64,000 nucleotides of DNA from a virus: the IMG/VR virus record IMGVR_UViG_3300029432_000352. The stretch is one strand, 5' to 3'. The notes under the pieces were generated by a model. That model was not told where the DNA came from and ran no database searches. It worked only from the letters and a program-made list of their open reading frames with translations. The position numbers and the translations under genes are program-made. Below, one piece after another: positions 49,241 through 59,144 of this stretch (within the stretch, counting starts at the first letter, position 1; each line of letters starts with the position of its first letter).

Positions 49241-49540
49241 TTAAAATTCAAATCCTTCATAATTTTTTAGTATAAAATCTTTAACTGTTTTCATGGTGAC
49301 TTCTGGCTCATACTTACCAAACTCACGCAAGTAATAATCCCGCATTTCAAGTACTAAAGCCACTATATCAGCACTGTTATACTCAATATATGAATTACGT
49401 CCTAAATCATAAAATTCATCAGTCCACAACTTGCCTGTTGATTTATCAAACATCAATAAACCATAATGTGGGTCACATCGACCACCTTTATTAAACTTTT
49501 GATAATCTCCAACTGCCTTTTTCAATCCTGTAACTTTCAT
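49241..49540 (-). CDS. hypothetical protein (99 aa), paralog of 40367..40630
   Basis: see paralog. Confidence 0.5.
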   Translation of the reverse strand: MKVTGLKKAVGDYQKFNKGGRCDPHYGLLMFDKSTGKLWTDEFYDLGRNSYIEYNSADIVALVLEMRDYYLREFGKYEPEVTMKTVKDFILKNYEGFEF

Positions 49541-49558
49541 TTTAATCTTCCTTTCATA

Positions 49559-50143
49559 TTAATCTTCTGCTTCTATTTCTTCTCTGCTCATAATTGTTAT
49601 GATGTCCATAATTCTTCGAGTGTTATTTGCTAATACCTCACTCATTTTACTGATTGTAACATAATCGTATTTTTCTAACTCTACACCATAAATGTCAGAG
49701 CCGAAAATTAAAACATATGTTTCGCCGATATTTTCATAGTTTAAAGCGTTTTTGCCGTTCACAGTACGGGTAAATGTATTAATACAATCAATATCTTCTA
49801 TACTTCTCGGCTTTATTACAAAAACTCGGTCATTATCCCAACCGCCTAAAAGATAGAACTTTTCGTCCTCATCTATATACTCTCTGCAATTTCGGAAAGT
49901 ATTTAAGAGATAATTAATAGCCTTTTTATATTCACTTGTTTCGTCCTCAAATGGGACGTCTGCATATTGCCAAGCCGTTACATTGTTATAGAATACATCA
50001 TCATTACCATATTGAGTGAAGTAACCCTCGGAGTATTTTGCTAAGGCTATATCACCTTGTGTTGTGACTAAGCAAGCAGCTCCCTCTTTCGGCATTTTTA
50101 TATTTGTCTTTATCCAATTATTACTCATTGTAGTATCCTCCAT
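49559..50143 (-). CDS. DUF551-like protein (194 aa)
   Basis: N-terminal W.K......P.EG...LV...G......W-type domain ending VTAWQYADVP. Confidence 0.45.
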   Translation of the reverse strand: MEDTTMSNNWIKTNIKMPKEGAACLVTTQGDIALAKYSEGYFTQYGNDDVFYNNVTAWQYADVPFEDETSEYKKAINYLLNTFRNCREYIDEDEKFYLLGGWDNDRVFVIKPRSIEDIDCINTFTRTVNGKNALNYENIGETYVLIFGSDIYGVELEKYDYVTISKMSEVLANNTRRIMDIITIMSREEIEAED

Positions 50144-50168
50144 CTTCCATCTTTCTGATTATCGTAAA

Positions 50169-50750
50169 TTATTTAAGTATATCCTTATAGCTGTTTAACT
50201 CCTCTGTAATTTTGCGGACTGCTTTATCATATTTTTCTATTCGTATATACTCACAATCCCTGAAGTCATTCATATCGCAAACTATAACAATTAAAGAGCC
50301 AATGTCTTTTTGTGTAAGTGGTGGTTCAGTATCAACATCATGTATACTTCCACAATTCGTATAAAGATATAGCTCATTTATAGCGTTAATGTCCACTTGC
50401 AAAGTAGGTTTTGCAATATAAACTGTATCGCTCACACTGCCACTAAGAATACGGTGAGCCTCACTGTTAAAATCAAGCTCTTTGTGCTTAATATACTGTC
50501 TGAAATGTTCAATGTTCATTTCAAAACGATTTTTGTCAAATTCCTCTAAGGCACAAGGACTGCAAGGATATTGCCAAGCAATCACTTTATACTTAAAAGG
50601 AATAATACTGCCATCAGTGTCCTCTGTATACCATTCACTGCCAACCAATACAGCGAATACATCACAATATTCTTTATTATTTTTTAAATAAGTAACTTGC
50701 ACCTTCTCTTTTTCATTAGGTAATGTACAATCAGTTAATTCCCAACTCAT
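50169..50750 (-). CDS. DUF551-like protein (193 aa), paralog of 49559..50143
   Basis: VIAWQYPCSP motif; similar length and layout. Confidence 0.45.
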   Translation of the reverse strand: MSWELTDCTLPNEKEKVQVTYLKNNKEYCDVFAVLVGSEWYTEDTDGSIIPFKYKVIAWQYPCSPCALEEFDKNRFEMNIEHFRQYIKHKELDFNSEAHRILSGSVSDTVYIAKPTLQVDINAINELYLYTNCGSIHDVDTEPPLTQKDIGSLIVIVCDMNDFRDCEYIRIEKYDKAVRKITEELNSYKDILK

Positions 50751-51097
50751 ATTAATTCTCCTCCATTCTTAATTCTCTTTGTGTCACTCCATCCGTCTTT
50801 ATTAAAATGTTTTTTACAAAATTCATAAGATAATTCTAAATAAGAATCTCTTTTAAGCTCTCTGTCAAAATCGTCATTATCAAGAATATTACCGCCAACA
50901 CTGAGAAATGCAGACCAATCCTCATTGTATTTTTTTGATTTAACAGAAAGGTCCGTTGCTTTTTCTTCACTTATAATATAAGTGCATAATGCTCCGGCTT
51001 CATTATATAGAAACACATAAAGCTCAAGTAACGGATTATACAGATCACCTTCATTCTCTAAATAGCGATACATTTCTTCCCAAGTTTTAAATTTCAT
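50747..51097 (-). CDS. hypothetical protein (116 aa)
   Basis: ORF with GGAGG RBS. Confidence 0.5.
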   Translation of the reverse strand: MKFKTWEEMYRYLENEGDLYNPLLELYVFLYNEAGALCTYIISEEKATDLSVKSKKYNEDWSAFLSVGGNILDNDDFDRELKRDSYLELSYEFCKKHFNKDGWSDTKRIKNGGELI

Positions 51098-51162
51098 AAT
51101 TCTTTTTCCTCCGTTTCATTTAACTTAATATATATAAACAGCTTAATAGCTGTAACAAAAAT

Positions 51163-51298
51163 AATAAAAAAGAGTGATTAAGCCCTATTTGGGTTTAATC
51201 ACTCATAAAAAACTATATTAATTAAAAAGGAAACATTAAAATGTTCCATAAACTTCATATTTATAATATAATTATATCATATCGTAAATTGAAGTCAA
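51163..51298 (-). promoter_or_regulatory. leader module copy f (TTGACTTCA-16-TGaTATAAT; hairpin 51171-51204 + U-run)
   Basis: plus: attatatca 51271-51279, agtcaa 51293-51298. Confidence 0.55.
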
Positions 51299-51347
51299 CA
51301 ATATATTTATTGCTCTTATTTATTTGACTTGCTTTCATTGAATAAAA

Positions 51348-53141
51348 TCATTCCAATCTTAGAATTTGATTATTGGTAACAGGTGCAAGGTAATAATCTG
51401 AATTATTCATAATTTTGTTGTATTCCTTTTCACCTTGAAAACTATCTACAACCGCTTTTTCTTCGTTTGACATATCTTTATATGTTTTTCTGCCATAACT
51501 CGGCGGTAACCACTGCTTTTGCTGTGCTGCATAAATATTAAAGCGATCAATAAGTTCAGGACAAGTAAATACTAAATGTACTGTACCTTTTTTATAAAAT
51601 GTTGCTTTGAAATACTTACATTCAATATTTTTTGTGACACCATTTTTGAAGTTATAATCTATGAAATTCCAAGAATTTAATTCTCTTGTCATTCCACCAT
51701 CAAGAAAATTAAATATACGTTCAATATCCTCTAATACGTTTCGGGCTTTATATGCTCGTGGTTCGCCACTCCAGTCACAAAATACATCATAACAAGGTAT
51801 TATTACCTTGTTGCCTATTTTATGTGCTTTATTGGTTTTCCAACCGTTATAATAATGTCTGTTTTTAGAGAATTCAGGATAATAAGAATGCTCGGCAGTC
51901 AAACGGTCAAACATGGCTATTATTTCATCTTCTATACCCTGTTTTACTTGTGAATTCATCTCCACAATAACAGTCTGTATATTAAATTCAGTAAAGTCAT
52001 AATCTGATAGTGTTCCGACTTTTTCACGCCATTCATCTTGTAATTTACTCGTTAGCTTTTCTGTAAATTTCCGATTTGAAAACAGTTTTCTCCAATATTT
52101 AAGGCGTGTATCTTTCAGATATTCATTTACTGAAATCTGATCATAAGAATTGCCATTTTTATTTGTCAATCGTAAAATACCACCTTTTTCATACGGATTA
52201 TCACTGAAGCTACATGTTATGTATGGTTTTAATGCTCTATACTGTCTGATTAATTCAAGACCGGCTTTTACCTCAACATTAAAATGTACAATCATTGATT
52301 TTATGTAATCAGTAACATCAAGATATGTGCTATCTTCAAATACATCATCTACATTTTCAGCTTTAGCCATTTTCTCATATATGTCGCTTTTCTCCTGTAC
52401 ATTTTCTATTGCGATTTTTATAAGTGCAATTTCAACGCCTGTTTTGCGTTCTGACGATATAAAAGCATTTTCTATATATTCAATATCTGCATCATATTTA
52501 TCAAGTTGTCTAATTAACTCTTTTCTGCTTTCTGTATATGGATTGCGAAGCGTTTCGGCATTAAGTAAGCAAACAATATTACCGCCTTTCTCTTGCATTT
52601 GCAGAGCTTTCAATAGATGCTTATCACCGTTAGAAAATGGTGGATTCATGAGGATAAGATCGTAACGCTTATACGGTTTATATGTGAGAAAATCATCGTG
52701 AATAATATGTATTCCGTTTGAGAAAAATGTTTCTTTTTCCATTTTTATTTTCTCTAACTTCTCAACATCTTTACGAGGTAAATCTTCATATTGTTTTGTT
52801 GTGTTATTATAATATCGAAATAAATTAGGATTACAACAGTTGTATTTGCTTGTTATATTCTCTATTTCATTTTGTAATTCTAATTTTCTATCTCCAAAAT
52901 TATATTTAAGTACCTGTCGCAAATTAGAATCAATTTCAATACAATCAACATCAAATTGTTTATATTCTTCATTTTTTGCAACTTCTCTTAAAATATCTCC
53001 CTTGCCTGCTGACGGCTCTAAAATAGTTTTTACACTTTCCCAATGTATTCCACTAATCATTTTTTCAACCAAACTCGCCGGAGTTGGATAAAATTCACTT
53101 GATTGTTCGTTTTCAACTATATTCAATACATTATTCAACAT
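51348..53141 (-). CDS. N6-adenine DNA methyltransferase, orphan, gamma-class (597 aa)
   Basis: motif I ILEPSAGKGDIL, motif IV LILMNPPFSNG. Confidence 0.7.
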   Translation of the reverse strand: MLNNVLNIVENEQSSEFYPTPASLVEKMISGIHWESVKTILEPSAGKGDILREVAKNEEYKQFDVDCIEIDSNLRQVLKYNFGDRKLELQNEIENITSKYNCCNPNLFRYYNNTTKQYEDLPRKDVEKLEKIKMEKETFFSNGIHIIHDDFLTYKPYKRYDLILMNPPFSNGDKHLLKALQMQEKGGNIVCLLNAETLRNPYTESRKELIRQLDKYDADIEYIENAFISSERKTGVEIALIKIAIENVQEKSDIYEKMAKAENVDDVFEDSTYLDVTDYIKSMIVHFNVEVKAGLELIRQYRALKPYITCSFSDNPYEKGGILRLTNKNGNSYDQISVNEYLKDTRLKYWRKLFSNRKFTEKLTSKLQDEWREKVGTLSDYDFTEFNIQTVIVEMNSQVKQGIEDEIIAMFDRLTAEHSYYPEFSKNRHYYNGWKTNKAHKIGNKVIIPCYDVFCDWSGEPRAYKARNVLEDIERIFNFLDGGMTRELNSWNFIDYNFKNGVTKNIECKYFKATFYKKGTVHLVFTCPELIDRFNIYAAQQKQWLPPSYGRKTYKDMSNEEKAVVDSFQGEKEYNKIMNNSDYYLAPVTNNQILRLE

Positions 53142-53173
53142 TATATTTATCTCTCCTTTAAATTATTATTTTA

Positions 53174-53401
53174 TTAGCTTAATTTAAACGCATCATTATA
53201 AGCAGTAGCTAAAGTTGTTTTTCCATTAATATGTTTGTAATCTTCTTTTGAAATTCCGTTTGTCATTTCTCCATATAAACCACAGTAGTTTTTTACCAAA
53301 GTTAAATCATCAAAATAAGGATGTTTTATTACTTTCCATTTTGAGATTTTGTTTCCTTTTTTGACTTCAAACACTTTATTTAATTTTATTAATTCACTCA
53401 T
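53174..53401 (-). CDS. hypothetical protein (75 aa from ATG 53401)
   Basis: GGAGGAATTTGT RBS before ATG 53401; ORF-track N-terminal extension MNCLHKLNN... is translated module hairpin. Confidence 0.45.
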   Translation of the reverse strand: MSELIKLNKVFEVKKGNKISKWKVIKHPYFDDLTLVKNYCGLYGEMTNGISKEDYKHINGKTTLATAYNDAFKLS

Positions 53402-53467
53402 ACAAATTCCTCCTTTGGAAATTACATTGTTTAATTTATGTAAACAGTTCATACTGTAAAAAAGAAA

Positions 53468-53604
53468 ATAAAAAAAGAGTAATCAAACCCAAATAGGATT
53501 CGATTACTCTAAAAAAACTATATAAATATTAAAGAAAACATTAAGATGTTTCCATAAACTTCATATTTATAATATAATTATATCATGTCATAAATTGAAG
53601 TCAA
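53468..53604 (-). promoter_or_regulatory. leader module copy g (TTGACTTCA-16-TGaTATAAT; hairpin 53476-53510 + U-run)
   Basis: plus: attatatca 53577-53585, agtcaa 53599-53604. Confidence 0.5.
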
Positions 53605-53620
53605 TATATTATTTTTTTAA

Positions 53621-53779
53621 TCAATTACCTAAATACTTGTCAATCTTCATTGTCAGCTTATCACATAGCTTTAATATTCCGCCTGTTCCATTCTTTTTAC
53701 CGTCATCAAATATTGTTTCACTTGCTTCATCTGCCAAATCTGCAAGTTGATTTAATAGCCGTATCATTTCTTTTGTCAT
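53621..53779 (-). CDS. small hypothetical protein (52 aa), not in ORF track
   Basis: AAAGGTGAA RBS before ATG 53779; an overlapping 36-codon ORF with GGAGG RBS starts at 53836. Confidence 0.3.
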   Translation of the reverse strand: MTKEMIRLLNQLADLADEASETIFDDGKKNGTGGILKLCDKLTMKIDKYLGN

Positions 53780-53854
53780 AACAATTCACCTTTCTTTTAT
53801 CTTCTAAGATCAAATCTAAAATATTTGTTATTTTCATAGCTATTACCTCCAAAC

Positions 53855-54502
53855 TTAAATATGGCAATCAACTACTGTTACAATAGTATCTTCATCTAAA
53901 TTGTCAAGAAATTCTTTAAACTCTGATTTCCAATCTTCTATATTTTTCCCATTGGAAACACAAGCCCACCAACCCATTTCACCTCTTTCGTGCCATTCTC
54001 CAATAGGAGTAACAAAGGCAAAAGGTATTATATCTTTCCAATCAATTTCGGATGCATAATCTTCATTTGTAGTTTCGCCGGACAATGTTTTAAGATAATT
54101 ATTCCATCTTCCTCCGATAGTATACCAGTCCCATTTTGAATTAGGGTTATAAGTAGATAATAAATCTCCATTGAGTTTAATCATATCTTCATCAAAACGC
54201 CCTTTCATGTCCTCATAACATTCGTCATCAGTCCATTCTAATTTTTTGGGGAATTTATTTTTTAAATAATTAATATGTTCTGCATTGGGGTGACTTTCCT
54301 CATACTTTTTTGGGCTTGATACATATTCCGTATAAGGTCCATTCTTGTAATCTTCTATTTCTTTTCTTATTTTTGCTATTGCTTGTTCTCGTGTATACAG
54401 TACATATGGAGCATACACAATATTTTCATCATATGGAGCAAGCAATTCCTCAACTGTTCTTCCATTTTCTTTTGTAAATACTAATGTAATAAAATGTGAC
54501 AT
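53855..54502 (-). CDS. hypothetical Trp-rich protein (215 aa)
   Basis: ORF. Confidence 0.5.
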   Translation of the reverse strand: MSHFITLVFTKENGRTVEELLAPYDENIVYAPYVLYTREQAIAKIRKEIEDYKNGPYTEYVSSPKKYEESHPNAEHINYLKNKFPKKLEWTDDECYEDMKGRFDEDMIKLNGDLLSTYNPNSKWDWYTIGGRWNNYLKTLSGETTNEDYASEIDWKDIIPFAFVTPIGEWHERGEMGWWACVSNGKNIEDWKSEFKEFLDNLDEDTIVTVVDCHI

Positions 54503-54521
54503 AATATTTTCCTCCTTATAA

Positions 54522-55457
54522 TTAAACTCTCACGCCAACACATTCATAAAATATATCAGCATCAAAATATGGTAACGACTTAATAAATTCTTTATCATCA
54601 TCGCTAACATCTTCATCCCACCATTTTTGCTTGTCAGCTTCAACTATTATTGTTTTGATATATCCGCCAATAGTTTCACATTCAGGGTGTTCCATAATTT
54701 CTTCCTCACTCATTTTGTTTTTGGAAATAAAATCCGAATATTCATATGATTGAGGGCAATCCAATAAAATCTCGTTAAATCTAACTATTGACTTATCATT
54801 AAAATCAAATTCTGTTTCATGATTAAACATTCTCACTTTAGGTGAATTTGTATTACAAATTCCACTGTTATAATTTCCACTGTTATAATCTCCAGAATTA
54901 TAATTTCCGCTATTATAATCTCCACTATTATGACAACCAGAATTATAATCTCCATTGTTACAATTTCCGGTGTTATAATCTCCTGTGTTATAATTTCCGC
55001 TGTTATGATAACCGGAATTATAATCTCCACTGTTACAATTTCCGGTGTTATAATCTCCGGTGTTATCATTTCCGGTGTTATCATTTCCGGTGTTATAATT
55101 TCCGCTGTTATGATAACCGGAATTATAAGTTCCACTGTTACACTTTCCGGAATTTCCTTTTCCAGTATTGCACATATCCAACACTTCGCTCCACTTCAAT
55201 TCTTTTAAGATAACTATCTTATTTGTGCAACACTTAGAGTTGGTATCATCAAAATGAATTTCTCCTATTGCCTCAATTTCAGCCACCTTATTGTTTGGAT
55301 CAAATGAATAATAATTAAAGCAATCTACTAATTTTTCACAAAAATGAAAACCCACCTTACAACACTTTGGACTTTCTGCTATCTCATAAGTCTTTCCAAT
55401 TTCATATTGATAACCTCTGCATGTCCAATCTGAATTAAATACTTTATAACCTTTCAT
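54522..55457 (-). CDS. pentapeptide-like repeat protein: ~27 tandem 5-aa units (N-[ST]-G-[DN]-[YCD]) after a Cys-containing N-terminal domain (311 aa from ATG 55457)
   Basis: GGAGGAATTTAAA RBS; repeats GNYNSGDYNSGYHNSGNYNTGNDNTG... seen directly. Confidence 0.5.
   Translation of the reverse strand: MKGYKVFNSDWTCRGYQYEIGKTYEIAESPKCCKVGFHFCEKLVDCFNYYSFDPNNKVAEIEAIGEIHFDDTNSKCCTNKIVILKELKWSEVLDMCNTGKGNSGKCNSGTYNSGYHNSGNYNTGNDNTGNDNTGDYNTGNCNSGDYNSGYHNSGNYNTGDYNTGNCNNGDYNSGCHNSGDYNSGNYNSGDYNSGNYNSGICNTNSPKVRMFNHETEFDFNDKSIVRFNEILLDCPQSYEYSDFISKNKMSEEEIMEHPECETIGGYIKTIIVEADKQKWWDEDVSDDDKEFIKSLPYFDADIFYECVGVRV
54843..55170. repeat. tandem 15-bp coding repeats (pentapeptide units) producing spurious ORFs in other frames
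   Basis: seen directly; ORFs 54833..55135(-), 54842..55213(+), 54930..55208(+) are artifacts. Confidence 0.7.
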
Positions 55458-55520
55458 TTTAAATTCCTCCTTAAAATTTTTAATAATATATATAATCCGA
55501 AAAAGCGGTAAAATAGAAAT

Positions 55521-55660
55521 AAAAAAAAGAGCAATTAAGCCCAATTAAGGTTTAATTACTCTTATAAAAAAACTATATTAATATCAATGAAAATAGTTAA
55601 TCTATTTTCTGAAACTTCATATTTATAATATAATTATAACATATCATAAATTAAAGTCAA
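55521..55660 (-). promoter_or_regulatory. leader module copy h (TTGACTTTA-16-TGtTATAAT; hairpin 55528-55562 + U-run)
   Basis: plus: attataaca 55633-55641, agtcaa 55655-55660. Confidence 0.5.
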
Positions 55661-55849
55661 TAAACAAAATTTATTTTTAAATTTCGTATAAAATCTACAT
55701 TTCATTATACATATAAATGTCGCCCTATATAATGTCTTTCCTATGAGGAATCGTATTCTACATTCTGTAAAAAGTCAATAATTTTAGTATTATCTTCACA
55801 TTCTCTATTTTTTGTACTCGGAAAAATATCATATGCGTTTGCCAAACAA

Positions 55850-56155
55850 TCAAACTTTCTTATTATATCCTTTCCAAAAGTTCATTCGTAGTTCCATTGA
55901 AACTGGTTTATTTATAAGTTCGTCCATTTCATCAACGTCCAACATATCCATTAGATTACCAATTTCCTGATTTAATTCATCGGATATATAAGGCATAGTT
56001 CGTTTAATCATTGTTGTGATACTTCTCATAGGAAACATATCACATTGTCCTTGAAATGGATCGTTAAATCCTTTTAGCTGAGTTAATTGGGCGTATACAC
56101 TACCCATCGCCTCTAAATTTTCTACTGTATACATTATTATTTCACACCTTTCCAT
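55850..56155 (-). CDS. hypothetical protein (101 aa)
   Basis: ORF. Confidence 0.45.
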   Translation of the reverse strand: MERCEIIMYTVENLEAMGSVYAQLTQLKGFNDPFQGQCDMFPMRSITTMIKRTMPYISDELNQEIGNLMDMLDVDEMDELINKPVSMELRMNFWKGYNKKV

Positions 56156-57158
56156 TTTCTTTTAAGAATACATTTGTAGTTACAACATTATCGTTTACAT
56201 CATATCCTTTTATGAATATTGGTGCAAGCCATTTTAAAATTAATTTTCTATGACTTGAACCCCTCTCTCCTTTCCAGTAATGATGCCAATGTCCACGCCG
56301 TGTATGTGGGCGTTTCGGAGAACCATGTGCTTCCACTCCCGAATTATTATAAATAATATGAGATTTAACCTTCTTTTGTTTTATTTGGCGAATAATATTT
56401 CCGGTTTGAGTGCCACAATTCCATTTTTGAATTTCTCTATATTTATCTTTTATGTATTCTTTTTTTTGGGGCTTACGAGTTATGTATTTTTGTCGTTCAT
56501 CTTCAGTAATTTCGCTGTTCTGTGCACAGATATATAACACAAGTTGCAATTTTGATGTTATTAAGTTTGTTACAAAATCAATATAATCTTTATCGACAAA
56601 ATTCTTTGATGAATTCTTTTCTACTTCTTGTAACATTCGGTCAATTCCATCTTTGATTGTACCATTTTCTATAAGATGTAAAGAAATAGGCATAACTGAA
56701 TAGTCATTATTTATAAACAAAAATCGCAATTCCAATTCTCCGTTGTTAGTATCTGATTCAAAGTAGACGAAGAATCCATTGTACTCATCATCGTTTACTG
56801 CTATGTAAATACAGGGATATGGAAGATTACTTAAAACTTCGATTGGTATAATTAAATCTTCACTTCCTTGTTCAGTAAGAACATCTTCCATATCTTTATC
56901 AAAGCTGAAGATTTGTTTATACAATCTCCATGTAGCAGTTGCAACAATTATATTGGCTTCTGATATTATGCTCAAATTAATATTGTCATTTCCGCCACTT
57001 GCAATAGCAATCCCTACCCCTATCGGTATATAGCAACGAGCATCCCAATTCACTTCTTTGCCGTTCATTTTTCTCATATCTTCTACTTGTTTCCAAGCAT
57101 TCGGATATTTCTTATTGACTTTTTGAGTTAAAATTAATGGTGCAATTTTTTCTTCCAT
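56142..57158 (-). CDS. hypothetical protein with basic His/Arg-rich C-terminal segment (338 aa)
   Basis: ORF. Confidence 0.5.
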   Translation of the reverse strand: MEEKIAPLILTQKVNKKYPNAWKQVEDMRKMNGKEVNWDARCYIPIGVGIAIASGGNDNINLSIISEANIIVATATWRLYKQIFSFDKDMEDVLTEQGSEDLIIPIEVLSNLPYPCIYIAVNDDEYNGFFVYFESDTNNGELELRFLFINNDYSVMPISLHLIENGTIKDGIDRMLQEVEKNSSKNFVDKDYIDFVTNLITSKLQLVLYICAQNSEITEDERQKYITRKPQKKEYIKDKYREIQKWNCGTQTGNIIRQIKQKKVKSHIIYNNSGVEAHGSPKRPHTRRGHWHHYWKGERGSSHRKLILKWLAPIFIKGYDVNDNVVTTNVFLKENGKV

Positions 57159-57334
57159 AATATATTACCTATCATTTTAATAAAACTAACATTTAATTGT
57201 TTTTAAGTTATTTTTCAATAAATCACGATTCAATTGATCTATATAATTCATACGTTCATTTTCGGCAATAGAATCTTTTTTTACGCCATTTTTAGTATAT
57301 ATAAATTGTATAGGCAACCTCATTATATCACTTT

Positions 57335-57598
57335 TTAATTTATTTCAATGACTTCCCAAGTCCATATATATTCTTTGTCATCCACTGACAAATAAGCTAT
57401 ACCATCATCCCCACATGTAAAATCAATCTTTGCATTCCAATCATCATCTGAATTGTGGCTTTTTTGTTTATATAAATTTTGTGAATCTTCTTTTACAAAT
57501 ATGTACGCATCTTTTTTATTATCGAATGTTTTATATCTTTCAATTTTCTCCTCATGTACTGCATAGCAGATTACTACATATTTCTTCATATTCTCCAT
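57335..57598 (-). CDS. hypothetical protein (87 aa)
   Basis: ORF. Confidence 0.5.
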   Translation of the reverse strand: MENMKKYVVICYAVHEEKIERYKTFDNKKDAYIFVKEDSQNLYKQKSHNSDDDWNAKIDFTCGDDGIAYLSVDDKEYIWTWEVIEIN

Positions 57599-57611
57599 AT
57601 AAATATCACTC

Positions 57612-57851
57612 CTAATTTATTGTGTTATTTTTTAATTTTTCATTATACCACCTGTCCGATATTACATGTGTCAATTCTACCTGTAATACAAACATAGCTC
57701 GTGAGGCGAATTCCGCTTCATATTTTGCTTTAATTTTCCCAAGTTCAGTATCTCTTTCAAAATTTCCTGATTTCTCTGCTTTAAGAAATTGTGAATATAA
57801 CTTTGCCAATTCATCATTAGTTTTGCCTTCAAATTTATTTGTCCAACTCAT
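57612..57851 (-). CDS. hypothetical protein (79 aa)
   Basis: ORF. Confidence 0.5.
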   Translation of the reverse strand: MSWTNKFEGKTNDELAKLYSQFLKAEKSGNFERDTELGKIKAKYEAEFASRAMFVLQVELTHVISDRWYNEKLKNNTIN

Positions 57852-57869
57852 TTTATGTCCTCCAATTTT

Positions 57870-58202
57870 TTAATTAAATGTAAATTCAATTTTATCATTA
57901 ATAAAATCTTCTACATTATTGGCTCTAAAGTCCTCTACTGCAAAGCATCCTTCTCCATTTTCACATCTATATCCAACTACTGGTTCTTCCCAACCTGTGA
58001 CCTCAATCCAATATGATGTACCGTCATTATCTATTGCCGGCATACCAAAACAAAGTGTTCCATTCGGATTGGGACATCTTGGAGCTTCGGTGTAAGGTGT
58101 TTTTGATGTGATTTCTTTTATAAGAGCCTTACCGCTTTCAGTAAACTCTCTTTCATATTTTGCCACCTCTATTGATAGAGGTTCATTTCTGTATTTTTTC
58201 AT
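57870..58202 (-). CDS. hypothetical protein (110 aa)
   Basis: ORF with GAGGCGATT RBS; candidate promoter TTGACT-17-TGgTAAAAT at 58234-58262. Confidence 0.5.
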   Translation of the reverse strand: MKKYRNEPLSIEVAKYEREFTESGKALIKEITSKTPYTEAPRCPNPNGTLCFGMPAIDNDGTSYWIEVTGWEEPVVGYRCENGEGCFAVEDFRANNVEDFINDKIEFTFN

Positions 58203-58490
58203 TTTAATCGCCTCTTAATCTTTCCTTTATTTTACCATATTTATGTTGAATAGTCAACGGCTAAATATATCATTACATTAATCCTGTGAATTGTTGTTGA
58301 ATGACAATCATAATCTTATCATCAAAATTTCCCTCTGAACATTCTTTTATAGATGTGATAATAGCCGTTGTGGTTGAAATAGGAAGCTCGGCAACTTGTT
58401 GCCGAGTAGTTCACCTTTGCCTCCAATCTCTTTTGAGTTTTAATCTTATAACACATAAACTTCACCGTCCTCAATAACATATTCTCAACA

Positions 58491-58527
58491 CAAAAAAGAA
58501 GATACTCACTACAGCAAGTATCTTCTT
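58491..58527 (-). terminator. rho-independent terminator (11-bp perfect stem aagaagatact + U-run)
   Basis: seen directly downstream of 58551..58823. Confidence 0.6.
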
Positions 58528-58550
58528 AGTACCTCTTTGAAATTTCCGTT

Positions 58551-58823
58551 TCATTGGTTTAATTGCTTTTCATATAATTTAACAAGGTAATTGTAAAATC
58601 CTTCACCCTGCCAGTCATCAAACCATTTCTTCATTTTTTCATAAGTTTTAAAGAAAGTAATAGCAAAATCTCCGTCCGTATTAATCTCGCTTGATACCTC
58701 ATAATACTCATTGTATCCAATACTGTTCGTATTTTTACCATGAAGTATGACCTTACCAAATGATGTATCTGCAAGCTCAACCCAAAACTCTTCACTTTGC
58801 ATTGCCTGTTCTAATTTATCCAT
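58551..58823 (-). CDS. hypothetical protein (90 aa)
   Basis: ORF. Confidence 0.5.
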   Translation of the reverse strand: MDKLEQAMQSEEFWVELADTSFGKVILHGKNTNSIGYNEYYEVSSEINTDGDFAITFFKTYEKMKKWFDDWQGEGFYNYLVKLYEKQLNQ

Positions 58824-58859
58824 AATATTCCTCGCTTTCCACAGTAAATCATCGTTTCA

Positions 58860-59144
58860 TTATCTCTTTTCAAAATATTTTCCATTGTATGAATATCCAT
58901 TAGATAAACAATGCTTTATTGCTTTCTGCTTAACGTACTCTTTATCTTCATTAGAAATATTCCAAGCATCATTATCATCTTCATATAACAACCAAAATCT
59001 CCATTCTGCATCGTCTTTGCATGGAATATCTATTCCTAAATAGCATTTATTACCTTTATAATCTCTCGTAATACCTAATGTAAAATCATAATTATCGCAG
59101 GATGGTGTAAACACAATTTTAGTAATATCAAAATTTACTTTCAT
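58860..59144 (-). CDS. hypothetical protein (94 aa)
   Basis: ORF. Confidence 0.5.
   Translation of the reverse strand: MKVNFDITKIVFTPSCDNYDFTLGITRDYKGNKCYLGIDIPCKDDAEWRFWLLYEDDNDAWNISNEDKEYVKQKAIKHCLSNGYSYNGKYFEKR

Noticed and set aside
53401-53452. Shared N-terminus MNCL[HY]KLNN.I.KGGI.M of ORFs 53174..53452 and 62551..62799, which looked like a conserved paralogous domain
   Set aside because: The shared residues are encoded by the conserved leader-module hairpin DNA upstream of the real starts (ATG 53401 and 62748, each with GGAGG RBS). The similarity is at DNA level and non-coding.
54833-55213. Three overlapping ORFs on both strands across the 15-bp tandem repeat (54833..55135 -, 54842..55213 +, 54930..55208 +)
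   Set aside because: These are frame-shifted readings of the pentapeptide-repeat coding DNA. Only the minus-strand frame continuous with 54522..55457 has a start signal and non-repetitive flanks.
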